Shown piece after piece: positions 29,965-39,801 of a stretch of DNA of 64,000 nucleotides; position 1 is the stretch's first letter, and each line of letters starts with the position of its first letter. The DNA lies in the NCBI GenBank assembly GCA_965217035.1, contig OZ244226.1, forward strand, positions 1,408,146 through 1,472,145, in the 5' to 3' direction. The stretch comes from Bacteriovoracaceae bacterium. Lineage in GTDB: Bacteria > Bdellovibrionota > Bacteriovoracia > Bacteriovoracales > Bacteriovoracaceae. The notes under the pieces were generated by a model that ran no database searches, was not told the origin of the DNA, and saw nothing but the letters and a program-made list of their open reading frames with translations. The position numbers and the translations under genes were made by a program.

Positions 29965-30731
29965 TCGAGATCCTTTTTATTAAAAATAAATAAATTGAGA
30001 AGATTGATAAAACTTATATAACAAATTCCGTAAATCATAGAACCGAGAATATTTAAATTATCAACTGAGACATCATAAAGAAGATAATCTTTAAAATTTA
30101 ACTTATAAAACATAGGAAGAGTGATATTGAAAATTTCTAGTATCATCTTAAGCCATGGAAGCGCTTCCGCCATTCTGGTTTGAATGGAATTATCCAAAGC
30201 GTGACCTACGATATAGAGAACAACCACGAAGAAAATAGCCAAATAACGATTAGTAAAAAGTGAAAAAAGGACAGATAATGAAAGAATTAAAGTTGCCTCA
30301 AGAAAAATAAAAACAATGAGATAGTAAAATAAGTAATCAATAGTTCCATCAAAGATGGCCATCATTAAAAAAGTCTGAGCGACAAGAATAAAAACGTTCA
30401 ACAAGTTCATCAAAGAAAGCCCTATAAGCTTCCCTAAAAAAAACTGAATCCGGCTAACTGGCTTGCTTAGAATCATATAAAGAGTTCTATTTTCAATTTC
30501 CGTAGAGATAAGATTAACACCCAAGAAAACTGCCATAGAAACTGAAGATAGTGTTGCCAAGCCAAAGCCAAAGTCTGCCACAACTCTATGAAGTGTTTTA
30601 TAAGTAAGTTCGGCGGCTAAAAAACTAGCAAGCATTAATCCAATGCTTAAAAAGATAACACTCAAAAGCACCTTGCTTTTTAAATACTCCCTGAAAGTAT
30701 ATTGAGCTATAACAGCAATTGGATTTCTCAT
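29961..30731 (-). CDS. ABC transporter permease (PilI-like)
   Basis: IAQYTFRE, EIENRTLYMILSKPVSR, multiple TM helices. Follows the ABC ATPase in the pil locus, as pilHI do in Myxococcus. Confidence 0.88.
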   Translation of the reverse strand: MRNPIAVIAQYTFREYLKSKVLLSVIFLSIGLMLASFLAAELTYKTLHRVVADFGFGLATLSSVSMAVFLGVNLISTEIENRTLYMILSKPVSRIQFFLGKLIGLSLMNLLNVFILVAQTFLMMAIFDGTIDYLFYYLIVFIFLEATLILSLSVLFSLFTNRYLAIFFVVVLYIVGHALDNSIQTRMAEALPWLKMILEIFNITLPMFYKLNFKDYLLYDVSVDNLNILGSMIYGICYISFINLLNLFIFNKKDLD

Positions 30732-31588
30732 GATTTCATTTGATAAACAATTTGCTCTAATGTTGGCTTCTGCTGGGAAACCTCAACAAGTCTACCTGAA
30801 TCTCCTTGTATTTCTTTTAAAAACTCATCTAGAGAACTCTCTGGAATTTTTTTTGTTTGAATTTTTTCATTAAGATAATACTTTACTTCATAATCATTCG
30901 CTTCTTGTGATTTATGAAGATCTACCAAAGATCCTTCATAAATCAAGCCACCTTGTTCAATGACAACGAGCTGATCTGAAACTTCTTCAACATCATTAAC
31001 AATATGACTACTGAAAAAAATCGTTGTCCCCAAGTTATTAACCTCAGTAATAATATCCTTATAAACTTTTCTACCAATGGGATCGAGTCCTGAAAGAGGC
31101 TCATCTAAAATAATTAACTTGGGCTCACAAATAATATTGGTAAGAAAACCAATCCTTTGAAGCATACCTTTCGAGTACCCTTTTAGTTTTTTATTAAAAG
31201 CATGTTCAATATCCAGAGCTTCCCCATATTTCTTTATTAAACCCTGAGCTCTGTTCCAATCCTTTCCGGAAAGATTCACCATATATTTAAGAAATTCTTT
31301 TCCGTAGAGATGAGGATAAAAATAAGGTCTTTCCGGAAGATAACCAAGATTAGAAAAAATTTCTTTTTTTGTTTTTCCCATTTTCTCATTGAAGTAAAAC
31401 TCACCACTCGTCGCCCGAATAAAACCCATAACAATTTTTATAAGAGTTGTTTTTCCTGAGCCATTATGACCGAGAAAACCTGTGATACTTTCAGGTCTTA
31501 ACTTAAATGAAAGTTGATTGAGAGCTTTTTTCTCTTTTTCAATCAAATCACCTTTAAAAATTTTAGAAATATTTTTAACCTCTAGCAC
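30728..31588 (-). CDS. ABC transporter ATP-binding protein (PilH-like)
   Basis: GHNGSGKTT, GYLPERPYFY, YSKGMLQR, ILDEPLSGLDP, FSSH. Confidence 0.92.
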   Translation of the reverse strand: MLEVKNISKIFKGDLIEKEKKALNQLSFKLRPESITGFLGHNGSGKTTLIKIVMGFIRATSGEFYFNEKMGKTKKEIFSNLGYLPERPYFYPHLYGKEFLKYMVNLSGKDWNRAQGLIKKYGEALDIEHAFNKKLKGYSKGMLQRIGFLTNIICEPKLIILDEPLSGLDPIGRKVYKDIITEVNNLGTTIFFSSHIVNDVEEVSDQLVVIEQGGLIYEGSLVDLHKSQEANDYEVKYYLNEKIQTKKIPESSLDEFLKEIQGDSGRLVEVSQQKPTLEQIVYQMKS

Positions 31589-31609
31589 TTATGATATTCT
31601 ACTTAATAG

Positions 31610-32266
31610 ATGAGCCGTTCTACAAATATATTATTTTTACTTACAAGTCTTTTTTTTGCGACGAGTGTTTTTCTATCTCTTAATCTTAAGCATCTTCCTC
31701 CTAAAATTAACCCTCAACTTAGAGAATATAATTTTAATGAGAAGCTTCTTTATATAAATCTTGGTCAAAAAAGACTGATTACCTCACTTTTATGGATCAA
31801 AACTTTAATTGATTCCGATTTAGAGCACTATAAAAATAATGATCTCAATTCGTGGCTTTTTCTTCGCTTTAAAACCATGACCGATCTCGATCCCAAGTTT
31901 CTTGAAGTCTATCGATTTGGAGGTCTTTATTTATCTATCATAAAAGATGATATTGAAGGTTCGAGCTTTATATTTGATCGCGGTCTCGAAAAATTCCCCG
32001 AAGACTATACTCTTAATCTTTATGCTGGCTATCATTTTTACCTTGAAGATAAGCAATATGACAAAGCTCTGAAATCTTTTCGTAGAGTTCTAAAAAGCAC
32101 TAAAGCAAAACAAATGACGAAGTTAATCATCGCGAAACTATTGGCCAATACTCAAAAAAACAAAGAAATATTAAAAAAAGAATTAGAAGTTTTGATTGAG
32201 GATGAGGATGATCCTCTTTTTAAAGAACGCATCCTCAAGAAACTTGAGGATGCGAATATAAAATGA
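31610..32266 (+). CDS. PilG-like (Myxococcus/Bdellovibrio type) membrane-anchored TPR-like protein
   Basis: N-terminal TM, LITSLLWIKTL, TDLDPKFLEVYRFGG, DRGLEKFPEDY. Located between pilA and the pilH-like gene. Confidence 0.7.
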   Translation: MSRSTNILFLLTSLFFATSVFLSLNLKHLPPKINPQLREYNFNEKLLYINLGQKRLITSLLWIKTLIDSDLEHYKNNDLNSWLFLRFKTMTDLDPKFLEVYRFGGLYLSIIKDDIEGSSFIFDRGLEKFPEDYTLNLYAGYHFYLEDKQYDKALKSFRRVLKSTKAKQMTKLIIAKLLANTQKNKEILKKELEVLIEDEDDPLFKERILKKLEDANIK

Positions 32267-32267
32267 T

Positions 32268-32900
32268 CTAGAATCCGTTTTGAACAACGTTGATTGCTTT
32301 ATCTTGATTAATCCAAAGCACGCTAGACTCAGAACCATCATCTTCAAAGTCAGCATCACTATTTGCATCAGCATCAGCTGAAACTCCACCGACAGCGGCG
32401 ATCTGAAAAGACTGACGCCCATCGGCTGCATCAGTTGGCTGAACTGCAGCTGCAGTAAAAGCAGCCCCCGCAACATAAGTTCCTTGAGTGACACCCCCGA
32501 GAGCTCTTTGACCGACATAATACTCAGCAAGAGTAGGAAGTGCACCAGTACCTGCACTTAGAGTACCAGAATTGTCACAACCAGCTGCACCTGGATCAGG
32601 AGTACCTGCAACTGTTGCAGCATCAAACCCAACTGTAAAATACATTTGAGCTCTTTCATTATCATTTGGAGCATACCCCATAAAATCTAAACATGAATGA
32701 TAACCACCGTACTCGCCGTGATAAGATTGCTCAGCCGCAAAAGCAGCAGATAACTGAATTCTTGCTTCAGACTGGCGAGACTTTGCTTGATACTTTCGAT
32801 AGTTAGGAATCGCAACTGCTGCTAAAATACCAATAATGGCAACAACGACCATTAGCTCGACCAAGGTAAACCCTGAATCGCTTCTTAGAAATTTCTTCAT
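32268..32900 (-). CDS. pilA: Type IVa major pilin
   Basis: Class III signal [26 protein letters not shown]. Strong AAGGAGG SD. Confidence 0.95.
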   Translation of the reverse strand: MKKFLRSDSGFTLVELMVVVAIIGILAAVAIPNYRKYQAKSRQSEARIQLSAAFAAEQSYHGEYGGYHSCLDFMGYAPNDNERAQMYFTVGFDAATVAGTPDPGAAGCDNSGTLSAGTGALPTLAEYYVGQRALGGVTQGTYVAGAAFTAAAVQPTDAADGRQSFQIAAVGGVSADADANSDADFEDDGSESSVLWINQDKAINVVQNGF

Positions 32901-32953
32901 ACGTTCCTCCTTCCAGGATAATGAATTTCTTTTTAATCTCGAATTTGTCTTTA

Positions 32954-32982
32954 ATTATAAGAACAAAGGTAATTCACCGCAA
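32954..32982 (-). promoter_or_regulatory. Sigma70-type promoter candidate of pilA
   Basis: Minus strand TTGCGG-N17-TATAAT, 54 bp upstream of the pilA ATG. Confidence 0.55.
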
Positions 32983-33049
32983 ACAGTGGGATTTATTGAA
33001 CTTTTTAGAATAATTCTTGAGCCAATTTGCCAACTTTAAGTTGCAAGTT

Positions 33050-34267
33050 CTATGCTCCACCAGCTGACATGAAAATTGGCAGGTACATTGCAATAAGAAC
33101 AAAACCAATAACCCCTCCAAGTCCTACTAAAATTAATGGCTCTATCAGCTGGGTCATTCCCTGAATACTTCCCTCAACTTCAACTTCGAAAACATCAGCA
33201 ACCTTTTTTAACATATCGTCAAGGTTACCTGTACTCTCACCCACGTAAATCATTTGAGTGATAAGATCTGGAAAGTAATCAATTCTCTTTAGAGGTTCAG
33301 TTAGGTTTTTCCCTTTCTCAACCGCCATTTTTACTCTCTTAATATCTCTAGAAATAACTGAGTTATCGATTGTTTCTGAGCAAATTTCAAGAGCATCAAT
33401 GATCGAAATTCCTGAACTCAACATCGTTGAAAGAGTTTGAGAAAAGCTTGATAAACTCCCCTTAATAACAATGCTATTAAGAAGTGGAAGTTTAATCATT
33501 ATTTTATCAAATGCAATTTTTCCTTTTGGAGTTTTTTTTGCATAAAATATTCCCCCCACTGCCAAGACTGCACTAACAAACATATGAAAAATATAGCTTT
33601 GAAAAAAAACAGAAGTATCAATAACAGCTTGAGTGACCCAAGGAATTTCCTGACCTGATTCTGTTAACATTCCTACAAACTGAGGAACAACAAAAGTCAT
33701 TAGACCTGCAACAACAACAACTCCAACGATACAAACAATCGTTGGATAGGTCATCGCTGACTTAATTTGCTTTTTAAGCGCGATTTTTTTATCAAGGAAC
33801 TCTCCTAGCTTATCAAGAATCTCATTAAGAATCCCAGCAACTTCTCCTGCCTTAACTAAATGACAATAAAGTTTATCAAAGGATCTTTCAGTCTCCATCG
33901 CTTCAAACAAGCTTTTTCCATCACCCACAGCTTGAGTGATTCGAATCAATGAAGCTTTCAGCGAAAAATTTTTCTCTTGCTTATGAAGAATTTCAAGTGA
34001 TTGAAGAATCGGAACACCCGCATTAATCAAAGTAGAAAGTTGCTTCGTAAATCTTGTCAGATCTTCATCGGAAAAACCTTTAAGACCTGCTTTCTCAGAA
34101 AACATCATTCCTAAGTCGACTTCAAAAATACTAGGCTTTTGAATTTTTTTCGCGCGAACACCCTGACGGCGTAAAAGCCTTTTTGCCTCATGAGCACTCA
34201 CTGCCTCAATTGAGCCGTTGACTTTTTTACCCTCGCGATTGAGTCCTTCGTATTTAAATGCACCCAT
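33050..34267 (-). CDS. pilC: Type IV pilus platform protein PilC (GspF family)
   Basis: FTKQLSTLINAGVP, AGEVAGIL, SAMTYP, GESTGNLDDML, AMYLPIF. Start reassigned to ATG 34267. Confidence 0.96.
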   Translation of the reverse strand: MGAFKYEGLNREGKKVNGSIEAVSAHEAKRLLRRQGVRAKKIQKPSIFEVDLGMMFSEKAGLKGFSDEDLTRFTKQLSTLINAGVPILQSLEILHKQEKNFSLKASLIRITQAVGDGKSLFEAMETERSFDKLYCHLVKAGEVAGILNEILDKLGEFLDKKIALKKQIKSAMTYPTIVCIVGVVVVAGLMTFVVPQFVGMLTESGQEIPWVTQAVIDTSVFFQSYIFHMFVSAVLAVGGIFYAKKTPKGKIAFDKIMIKLPLLNSIVIKGSLSSFSQTLSTMLSSGISIIDALEICSETIDNSVISRDIKRVKMAVEKGKNLTEPLKRIDYFPDLITQMIYVGESTGNLDDMLKKVADVFEVEVEGSIQGMTQLIEPLILVGLGGVIGFVLIAMYLPIFMSAGGA

Positions 34268-34292
34268 TAAAAAAATCCTATGCCCGATCAAT

Positions 34293-35447
34293 CTAGTCTG
34301 ATTTAATACCCAACATCTTAGTCATCTCTTCGGGATTATTAGAAAATTCTAAAGCAGTTTCCTTGGTAATAATTCCCTTCTCATAGCTCTTATAGAGCGA
34401 TTGGTTCATCGTTGTCATTCCTGAGTTATCTTGCCCAACTTGCATCTGAGAATAGATTTGATGAATCTTGTCCTCTCTAATCAAATTTTTAATTGCCATA
34501 TTTGGAACCAGGATTTCTTGTACCAATTGCCGTCCACCACTCTTTTTGGGGGGAAGTTGCTGAGCAATAACGCCGTGAAGAACAAAAGAAAGTAAACTTC
34601 GTATCTGATCCTGCTTATCAGCTGGAAAAACATTAATAATCCTGTTAATTGTTTGAACAGTTGAATTGGTATGAAGTGTTCCAAAAACCAAGTGCCCTGT
34701 TTCTGCAATAGTTAAAGCTGCTTCTATTGTTTCGACATCTCTAAGTTCTCCAACAAGAATAATATCAGGATCTTGTCGAAGTAAACTTTTTAAACCTGCC
34801 CCAAAAGTATGAGAGTCCATTCCAATTTCTCTCTGATTCACGAGACAATTCTTATGCTGATGGACAAACTCTATAGGATCCTCAAGTGTGATAATGTGCC
34901 CTGATTCTGTTTGATTGATCCTATCGATCATTGAAGCTAGAGTTGTTGACTTACCAGAACCCGTAGGGCCTGTAACAAGGATTAGCCCAGAAGAAACCGA
35001 AGTCATATCGAGCAGAACCTGTGGAAGATTCAAAGCTTCAAAATCGGGAATCACTGATGGAATCAAACGAAAGGCTGCTGCCAAAGAACCTTGTTGATAA
35101 TAAACATTTCCCCTAAAACGTGCTAAGTTCTTAACTCCAAAAGAAAAATCAAGTTCAAGGTTTTTTTCAAGTTCCATCTTTTGCTTATCACTTAATACTT
35201 GATAAACTAATCTCCTTGCTTCTTTTTTCGTAAGTGGTGGTGCTTTAATTCTTACAATTTCGCCACTTAAACGGATTGCCGGAGGCGAGCCAACAGTCAA
35301 ATGCAAATCGGAAGCCCCTTGCTCAACCATCAACTTAAAGAGCTGTTGAATTTTAATCTGCCCAGCCTCTGTTTTTCCTTGCTGCATCGTTTTTGTTTGA
35401 GGAATTGTTGGAGTTGTTTGTTCATCAAGTTTTTTTGCTTCACTCAT
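34293..35447 (-). CDS. pilT: Type IV pilus retraction ATPase
   Basis: ASDLHL, GPTGSGKSTT, TLEDPIE, LRQDPDIILVGELRD, TLHTNS, AIKNLIRE. Confidence 0.97.
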   Translation of the reverse strand: MSEAKKLDEQTTPTIPQTKTMQQGKTEAGQIKIQQLFKLMVEQGASDLHLTVGSPPAIRLSGEIVRIKAPPLTKKEARRLVYQVLSDKQKMELEKNLELDFSFGVKNLARFRGNVYYQQGSLAAAFRLIPSVIPDFEALNLPQVLLDMTSVSSGLILVTGPTGSGKSTTLASMIDRINQTESGHIITLEDPIEFVHQHKNCLVNQREIGMDSHTFGAGLKSLLRQDPDIILVGELRDVETIEAALTIAETGHLVFGTLHTNSTVQTINRIINVFPADKQDQIRSLLSFVLHGVIAQQLPPKKSGGRQLVQEILVPNMAIKNLIREDKIHQIYSQMQVGQDNSGMTTMNQSLYKSYEKGIITKETALEFSNNPEEMTKMLGIKSD

Positions 35448-35455
35448 AATTTCAC

Positions 35456-37138
35456 CTATACGATGTTATCTGATGCAGAGTTAGCCACAGCCTCTTCCAA
35501 GGTTGTAATTCCTTGGACCACTTTAATTAAGGCACTCATTCTCAAAGTTCTCATTCCTTCATATATCGCCATTCTTTTGATTTCTTCAGCGCTGGCGTCT
35601 TTTAATATTAATTCTCTAATTCTTGGAGATAAGGGTAAAACTTCGTGGATCGCAACTCTTCCTTTGTAACCGGATCCACCGCATTTCTCACAACCCTCTC
35701 CCTTATAGACAGTAATTTCTTTAGCCGACTCTGGATCCATTCCAACTGAAATAAGTTTTTCTTCAGCATCTTCGACAGGCTTCCTACATTCCATACACAC
35801 TCTTTTACAAAGTCTTTGGGCAACAACAACATTTAAAGCAGCAACTACGAGAAAAGGCTCAATTCCCATATTTAAAAGTCTTGTAATGGTTGAAGGTGCA
35901 TCATTGGTATGAAGCGTAGAAAAAACTAAGTGACCAGTTAGAGCAGCTTCTACCGCAATTTCACCAACTTCATAGTCCCGAATCTCTCCCACCATAATAA
36001 TATCTGGATCTTGCCTTAAAAAAGCTTTTAGCGCAGAAGCAAAAGTTAAACCAATATCTTTCCTAACATTGACCTGATTAATACCTTCTAAGTTGAATTC
36101 ACAAGGATCTTCTGCCGTCGAAATATTATTATAAGGAGTATTAAGCTCTGAAAGAGCAGAGTACAGAGTTGTTGTCTTCCCTGAACCTGTTGGTCCCGTA
36201 ACAAGACACATTCCAAAAGGTTTATGAATACTGTCTTTAAAGGTAGCCAACTGTCGATTCATGAATCCAAGTTTCGTCATATCAAGCTGTAAATTAGATT
36301 GATCGAGCAATCGAAGAACAACCTTCTCCCCGAAAAGAGTCGGAAGACAAGAAACTCGATAATCAATAGGTTGTCCACCAATAATCAATTTAATCCTCCC
36401 ATCTTGAGGGAGTCGTTTTTCAGCGATATCTAATTTGGCCAAAATTTTAAGCCTTGAAATAATTGCAGCAACCATACTTTTGGGGGGCTGTGCGATTTCA
36501 ACAAGGTTACCATCTGTTCTAAAACGAATTCTAAAAATTCTTTCATACGGTTCAACATGAATATCTGAAGCTTTTTTCGCAAAGGCATCTGCCAAAATTC
36601 TATTAACATAAGTCACAACATCACTTGTGATTTGAGAAACAGCATCTTCTTCAATCTGAGAACTCTCATCTTCATTAAATTCTTCGACGGTATCCACTAG
36701 TTCATCGACCGTCATACGAACTCTTTCAAAAAGCTCTTTAAAATTACCAATTGTCGTTAAAACAAACTCACAGGGCTTCCCCAAGATATCTGCAGCATTT
36801 TGAAGATTCTTTTGAGCCATGGGGTCAAAAGATGTTAAGATAATTTTCTTTTCTGTCTCTTCAACTGGAACAAGACGATATCGAGTCGATGCTCTCTTTG
36901 GCATCTTTTCCAAAACTGAATCTAAAACTTCATGCTCACTCTTTTCTAGCATTTCACAATTGAACTTATCCGCCATGAAATTAGCAAACTTTCTATCATC
37001 AAAAGTGTGAAGAGCAAGTAAACCAAATTCACCAATTCCATCTTTATCTTTACTGCTTGTAACACTTATACGTTTCAAATCTTTATAAGTTGCCATTCCA
37101 GAATTACTAATTAATTGAAAAAACTCTTCGCTAAACAT
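35456..37138 (-). CDS. pilB: Type IV pilus extension ATPase
   Basis: ASDIHVEP, EKRLPQDGR, GPTGSGKTTT, LRQDPD and tetracysteine zinc motif (CMEC...CEKC). Confidence 0.97.
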   Translation of the reverse strand: MFSEEFFQLISNSGMATYKDLKRISVTSSKDKDGIGEFGLLALHTFDDRKFANFMADKFNCEMLEKSEHEVLDSVLEKMPKRASTRYRLVPVEETEKKIILTSFDPMAQKNLQNAADILGKPCEFVLTTIGNFKELFERVRMTVDELVDTVEEFNEDESSQIEEDAVSQITSDVVTYVNRILADAFAKKASDIHVEPYERIFRIRFRTDGNLVEIAQPPKSMVAAIISRLKILAKLDIAEKRLPQDGRIKLIIGGQPIDYRVSCLPTLFGEKVVLRLLDQSNLQLDMTKLGFMNRQLATFKDSIHKPFGMCLVTGPTGSGKTTTLYSALSELNTPYNNISTAEDPCEFNLEGINQVNVRKDIGLTFASALKAFLRQDPDIIMVGEIRDYEVGEIAVEAALTGHLVFSTLHTNDAPSTITRLLNMGIEPFLVVAALNVVVAQRLCKRVCMECRKPVEDAEEKLISVGMDPESAKEITVYKGEGCEKCGGSGYKGRVAIHEVLPLSPRIRELILKDASAEEIKRMAIYEGMRTLRMSALIKVVQGITTLEEAVANSASDNIV

Positions 37139-37223
37139 AGCCCCTCTAATTTATTTTCTTCATTATTATTTCGGTAATTTCAGGTATTTGACGAAATGAA
37201 GTCTGCTTAGGAGTAAGATTTAC

Positions 37224-38159
37224 CTAGCTAAAAAACTGACGTGAAAAATCAACATCTGATCGTATCTGAGAAATAAGCTCATTACTCGATGAAAACTTCT
37301 TCTCATCTCTTATTTTCAAATGAAATTCAACCCTTAAGCTTTCACCGTAAATATCTTGATCAAAGTCAAAGATGTTCGTTTCTACACAAACTGAATTCTC
37401 TACTTTAAAGGTCGGCTTAACTCCAACGTTAGTAACAGAGTGATAAACCATGGTATTATAATAAGTTTTCGTAACATAAACTCCATTTTTAGGAAGAATA
37501 AACCGCTGATCTAAAACAAAGTTTGCAGTTGGAAAACCAAGTGTCTTCCCTCTTCCATCTCCTCTCACAATAAGACCTTCTAGAAAATAAGGTCTACCTA
37601 GAAGCTTATTAGCCTCTTCAACTCTACCCTCTTTAACTAAACTGCGAATTTCAGTTGATGAAATAGTTTTGTTTTGAGGACTGAATTCTTCTTCAAAACT
37701 AAGTGAAATATTTTTTTTATGTTTTTCAATATATTTTTTTAAGTAATTAAAATCACCCTGGCGATTTGCTCCAAAGTAAAAATCATGCCCAACATGAATA
37801 AGATTAATTCGATCTTCTAAGAACAAATATTGACTTAAAAATTCATCTGCAGATAAAGTTGAGAAATCACGATTAAAATTTATAACAACGAGATGATCGA
37901 CTCCTAGATCTGCAATAAACTCTCTTCTCGCTTTCTCATTGAACATTAAAAAATCTGAATTATTCTGCAAAATTTCTCTTGGATGCGGATAAAAAGTCAT
38001 TACCACTGATTCAAGTTCTTTTTTTTGAGATTTTCCAACAAGGTTTTTAATTAGTTTTTGATGCCCTCGGTGAACTCCATCAAAGTTTCCAATTGTAATT
38101 CCAAATTCTTTCTGAGGTTCTGAATCGTAAAAATCTTTAAAACTATTATGAATCTTCAT
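37224..38159 (-). CDS. ribF: Bifunctional riboflavin kinase/FAD synthetase
   Basis: GNFDGVHRGHQ, ISSTEIR, GKTLGFPTAN, NVGVKPTF, IRDEKKF. Confidence 0.97.
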   Translation of the reverse strand: MKIHNSFKDFYDSEPQKEFGITIGNFDGVHRGHQKLIKNLVGKSQKKELESVVMTFYPHPREILQNNSDFLMFNEKARREFIADLGVDHLVVINFNRDFSTLSADEFLSQYLFLEDRINLIHVGHDFYFGANRQGDFNYLKKYIEKHKKNISLSFEEEFSPQNKTISSTEIRSLVKEGRVEEANKLLGRPYFLEGLIVRGDGRGKTLGFPTANFVLDQRFILPKNGVYVTKTYYNTMVYHSVTNVGVKPTFKVENSVCVETNIFDFDQDIYGESLRVEFHLKIRDEKKFSSSNELISQIRSDVDFSRQFFS

Positions 38160-39801
38160 TCTTTTTTTGATTGCCTTTTATGATTTCCAAAGCCTCTTTA
38201 AAGTACTTATTTTTAAAGCTAGATCTATCCTGTTTACTTTTGCCACCATACAGGATTCCCTCCTTATTATTCAACAAATTTTTAAAATAACTCTTTGCTT
38301 GGTCAGTTAATGTCGAATCATCAAGTTTCTTATAAACGGAAGCTTTTTTAGGGGCTAATTTATCAAGAAAATCATAAAGGTTTTTATAATCCATATTAGA
38401 TTTTTTCAATGCTCTTAACTGCATTGAAAGATCATCTCCTGGTAAAAAAGAGAGCGCTCCTTTAAGTCCAATAGCAATAATCATCAAAATAATCGCAAAA
38501 AGAATGAAATTTAAAATCCTATGAAGTCTTTCATATTCCAAAACGGAATCAACTATAAAAACAGGAGAAACAAGACTCAAAGGCTGATCTGCTGATTTTT
38601 GAACAGTCTTACTCTGGGGATTAACAGGAAACTTTTTGGCCTGAGCAGGTGCTCCACCAAGAACAGTAATTTCTGGTCGTTGAACTGTGACCGAAATATA
38701 TTTTTTTTGACTCGGATCAAAATATGAAAATGGCAAAGAAGTTGCCGGTAACTTTGTTTCTTTTCTTGGGAGATAAGTTAAATTAAAAGTTTTAGTCGAA
38801 AGAACACTATTTGTTGTTTCTAAATTTGCACTGTTTTCAAAAGTCTCAAAATTTTCATTTTCTATTAACTCTCGAACATCATAATCTTCTAAATTTCCCT
38901 GTCCTTTGACTCTAAGCTTTATCTCAACAGGCTCATTAACCAAATACTTATCCCTTGAAACAGATAAATCAAATTCATGCTGACCAACCAAGCCAGTAAA
39001 TCCTTCAGGAGCTCCGTCTGGCAAAGGAAGCACATTCACCTTAATCGCTGGACTCGAAAAACTCTTTTTTGCATAGTTTCTGATTCCTAAACCTAAAGAG
39101 TTGAATGGACTATTAGATCTTCTTGTTGGATATGAAACCTCTGCAACCAAAGGATCGATTTTTACTCCCCCTTGTTTGTCTGGATATACAACCATTGAAT
39201 AAAGAATTCTTCTTTCATACATTTCACCTTTAAAGTTAATTCTTTCTGGTCTCGTTGACTCTTGCAAAAACCTTTTCATAAAGCTTGGTAGACTAGGGAA
39301 CTTTTTAATATTAAAAGTTGCAATATTTATTTTATTATAAAGATAGTAACGAAGCATAACCCCTTCACCTGCATAAATAACAGTTTTAGAAGGTTCTGCT
39401 TGAACAAAAATATTTCGATTATACTGAGGTTCATTCGTAGAACTAAAATATAGGCTATTATGTCTTAGTTTCTCTTTTCCTGTGTCTGCAGTAATATTAA
39501 TCAAGCTAACTCGACCTGTTTTATTAGACTTTAATTGGTAACGGATAATATATTCTCTCTTAGAACTTAATTTTCCGTTGATATAAGTTGTTGTTGATGA
39601 AACTCCTTGATTTTCTTTTTCAAGAATTTCAATACCTCGTCCTTCCATCGTTATTTCAGGCTCGTCTCCACTTTGAGTTTCAACTTTCATTGTTATTCCA
39701 AAAATTTCCCCAACGATGATATTTCTTGAGTCAGGTACAATTTCAATATTTCCAGCATAAACATTTGAAATTACTATCAATAATATGACTAAGATTTTCA
39801 T
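38146..39801 (-). CDS. batD: BatD-family protein
   Basis: Signal peptide, STTTYINGK, VLPLPDGAPEGFTGLVG, GQGNL, FSYFDP, C-terminal TM. TAATG coupling to batB. Confidence 0.88.
   Translation of the reverse strand: MKILVILLIVISNVYAGNIEIVPDSRNIIVGEIFGITMKVETQSGDEPEITMEGRGIEILEKENQGVSSTTTYINGKLSSKREYIIRYQLKSNKTGRVSLINITADTGKEKLRHNSLYFSSTNEPQYNRNIFVQAEPSKTVIYAGEGVMLRYYLYNKINIATFNIKKFPSLPSFMKRFLQESTRPERINFKGEMYERRILYSMVVYPDKQGGVKIDPLVAEVSYPTRRSNSPFNSLGLGIRNYAKKSFSSPAIKVNVLPLPDGAPEGFTGLVGQHEFDLSVSRDKYLVNEPVEIKLRVKGQGNLEDYDVRELIENENFETFENSANLETTNSVLSTKTFNLTYLPRKETKLPATSLPFSYFDPSQKKYISVTVQRPEITVLGGAPAQAKKFPVNPQSKTVQKSADQPLSLVSPVFIVDSVLEYERLHRILNFILFAIILMIIAIGLKGALSFLPGDDLSMQLRALKKSNMDYKNLYDFLDKLAPKKASVYKKLDDSTLTDQAKSYFKNLLNNKEGILYGGKSKQDRSSFKNKYFKEALEIIKGNQKKNEDS

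Noticed and set aside
32183..32557. 124-aa alternative-frame ORF within pilA
   Set aside because: Out-of-frame product of GCT/GAT-rich codons, with no independent support.
33000..33035. Sigma54 promoter for pilA (TGGC motifs on the minus strand)
   Set aside because: Neither TGGC is followed by a correctly spaced -12 GC.
34543..36488. G6 tracts in pilT and pilB as phase-variation sites
   Set aside because: Too short, and they simply encode in-frame Pro-Pro.
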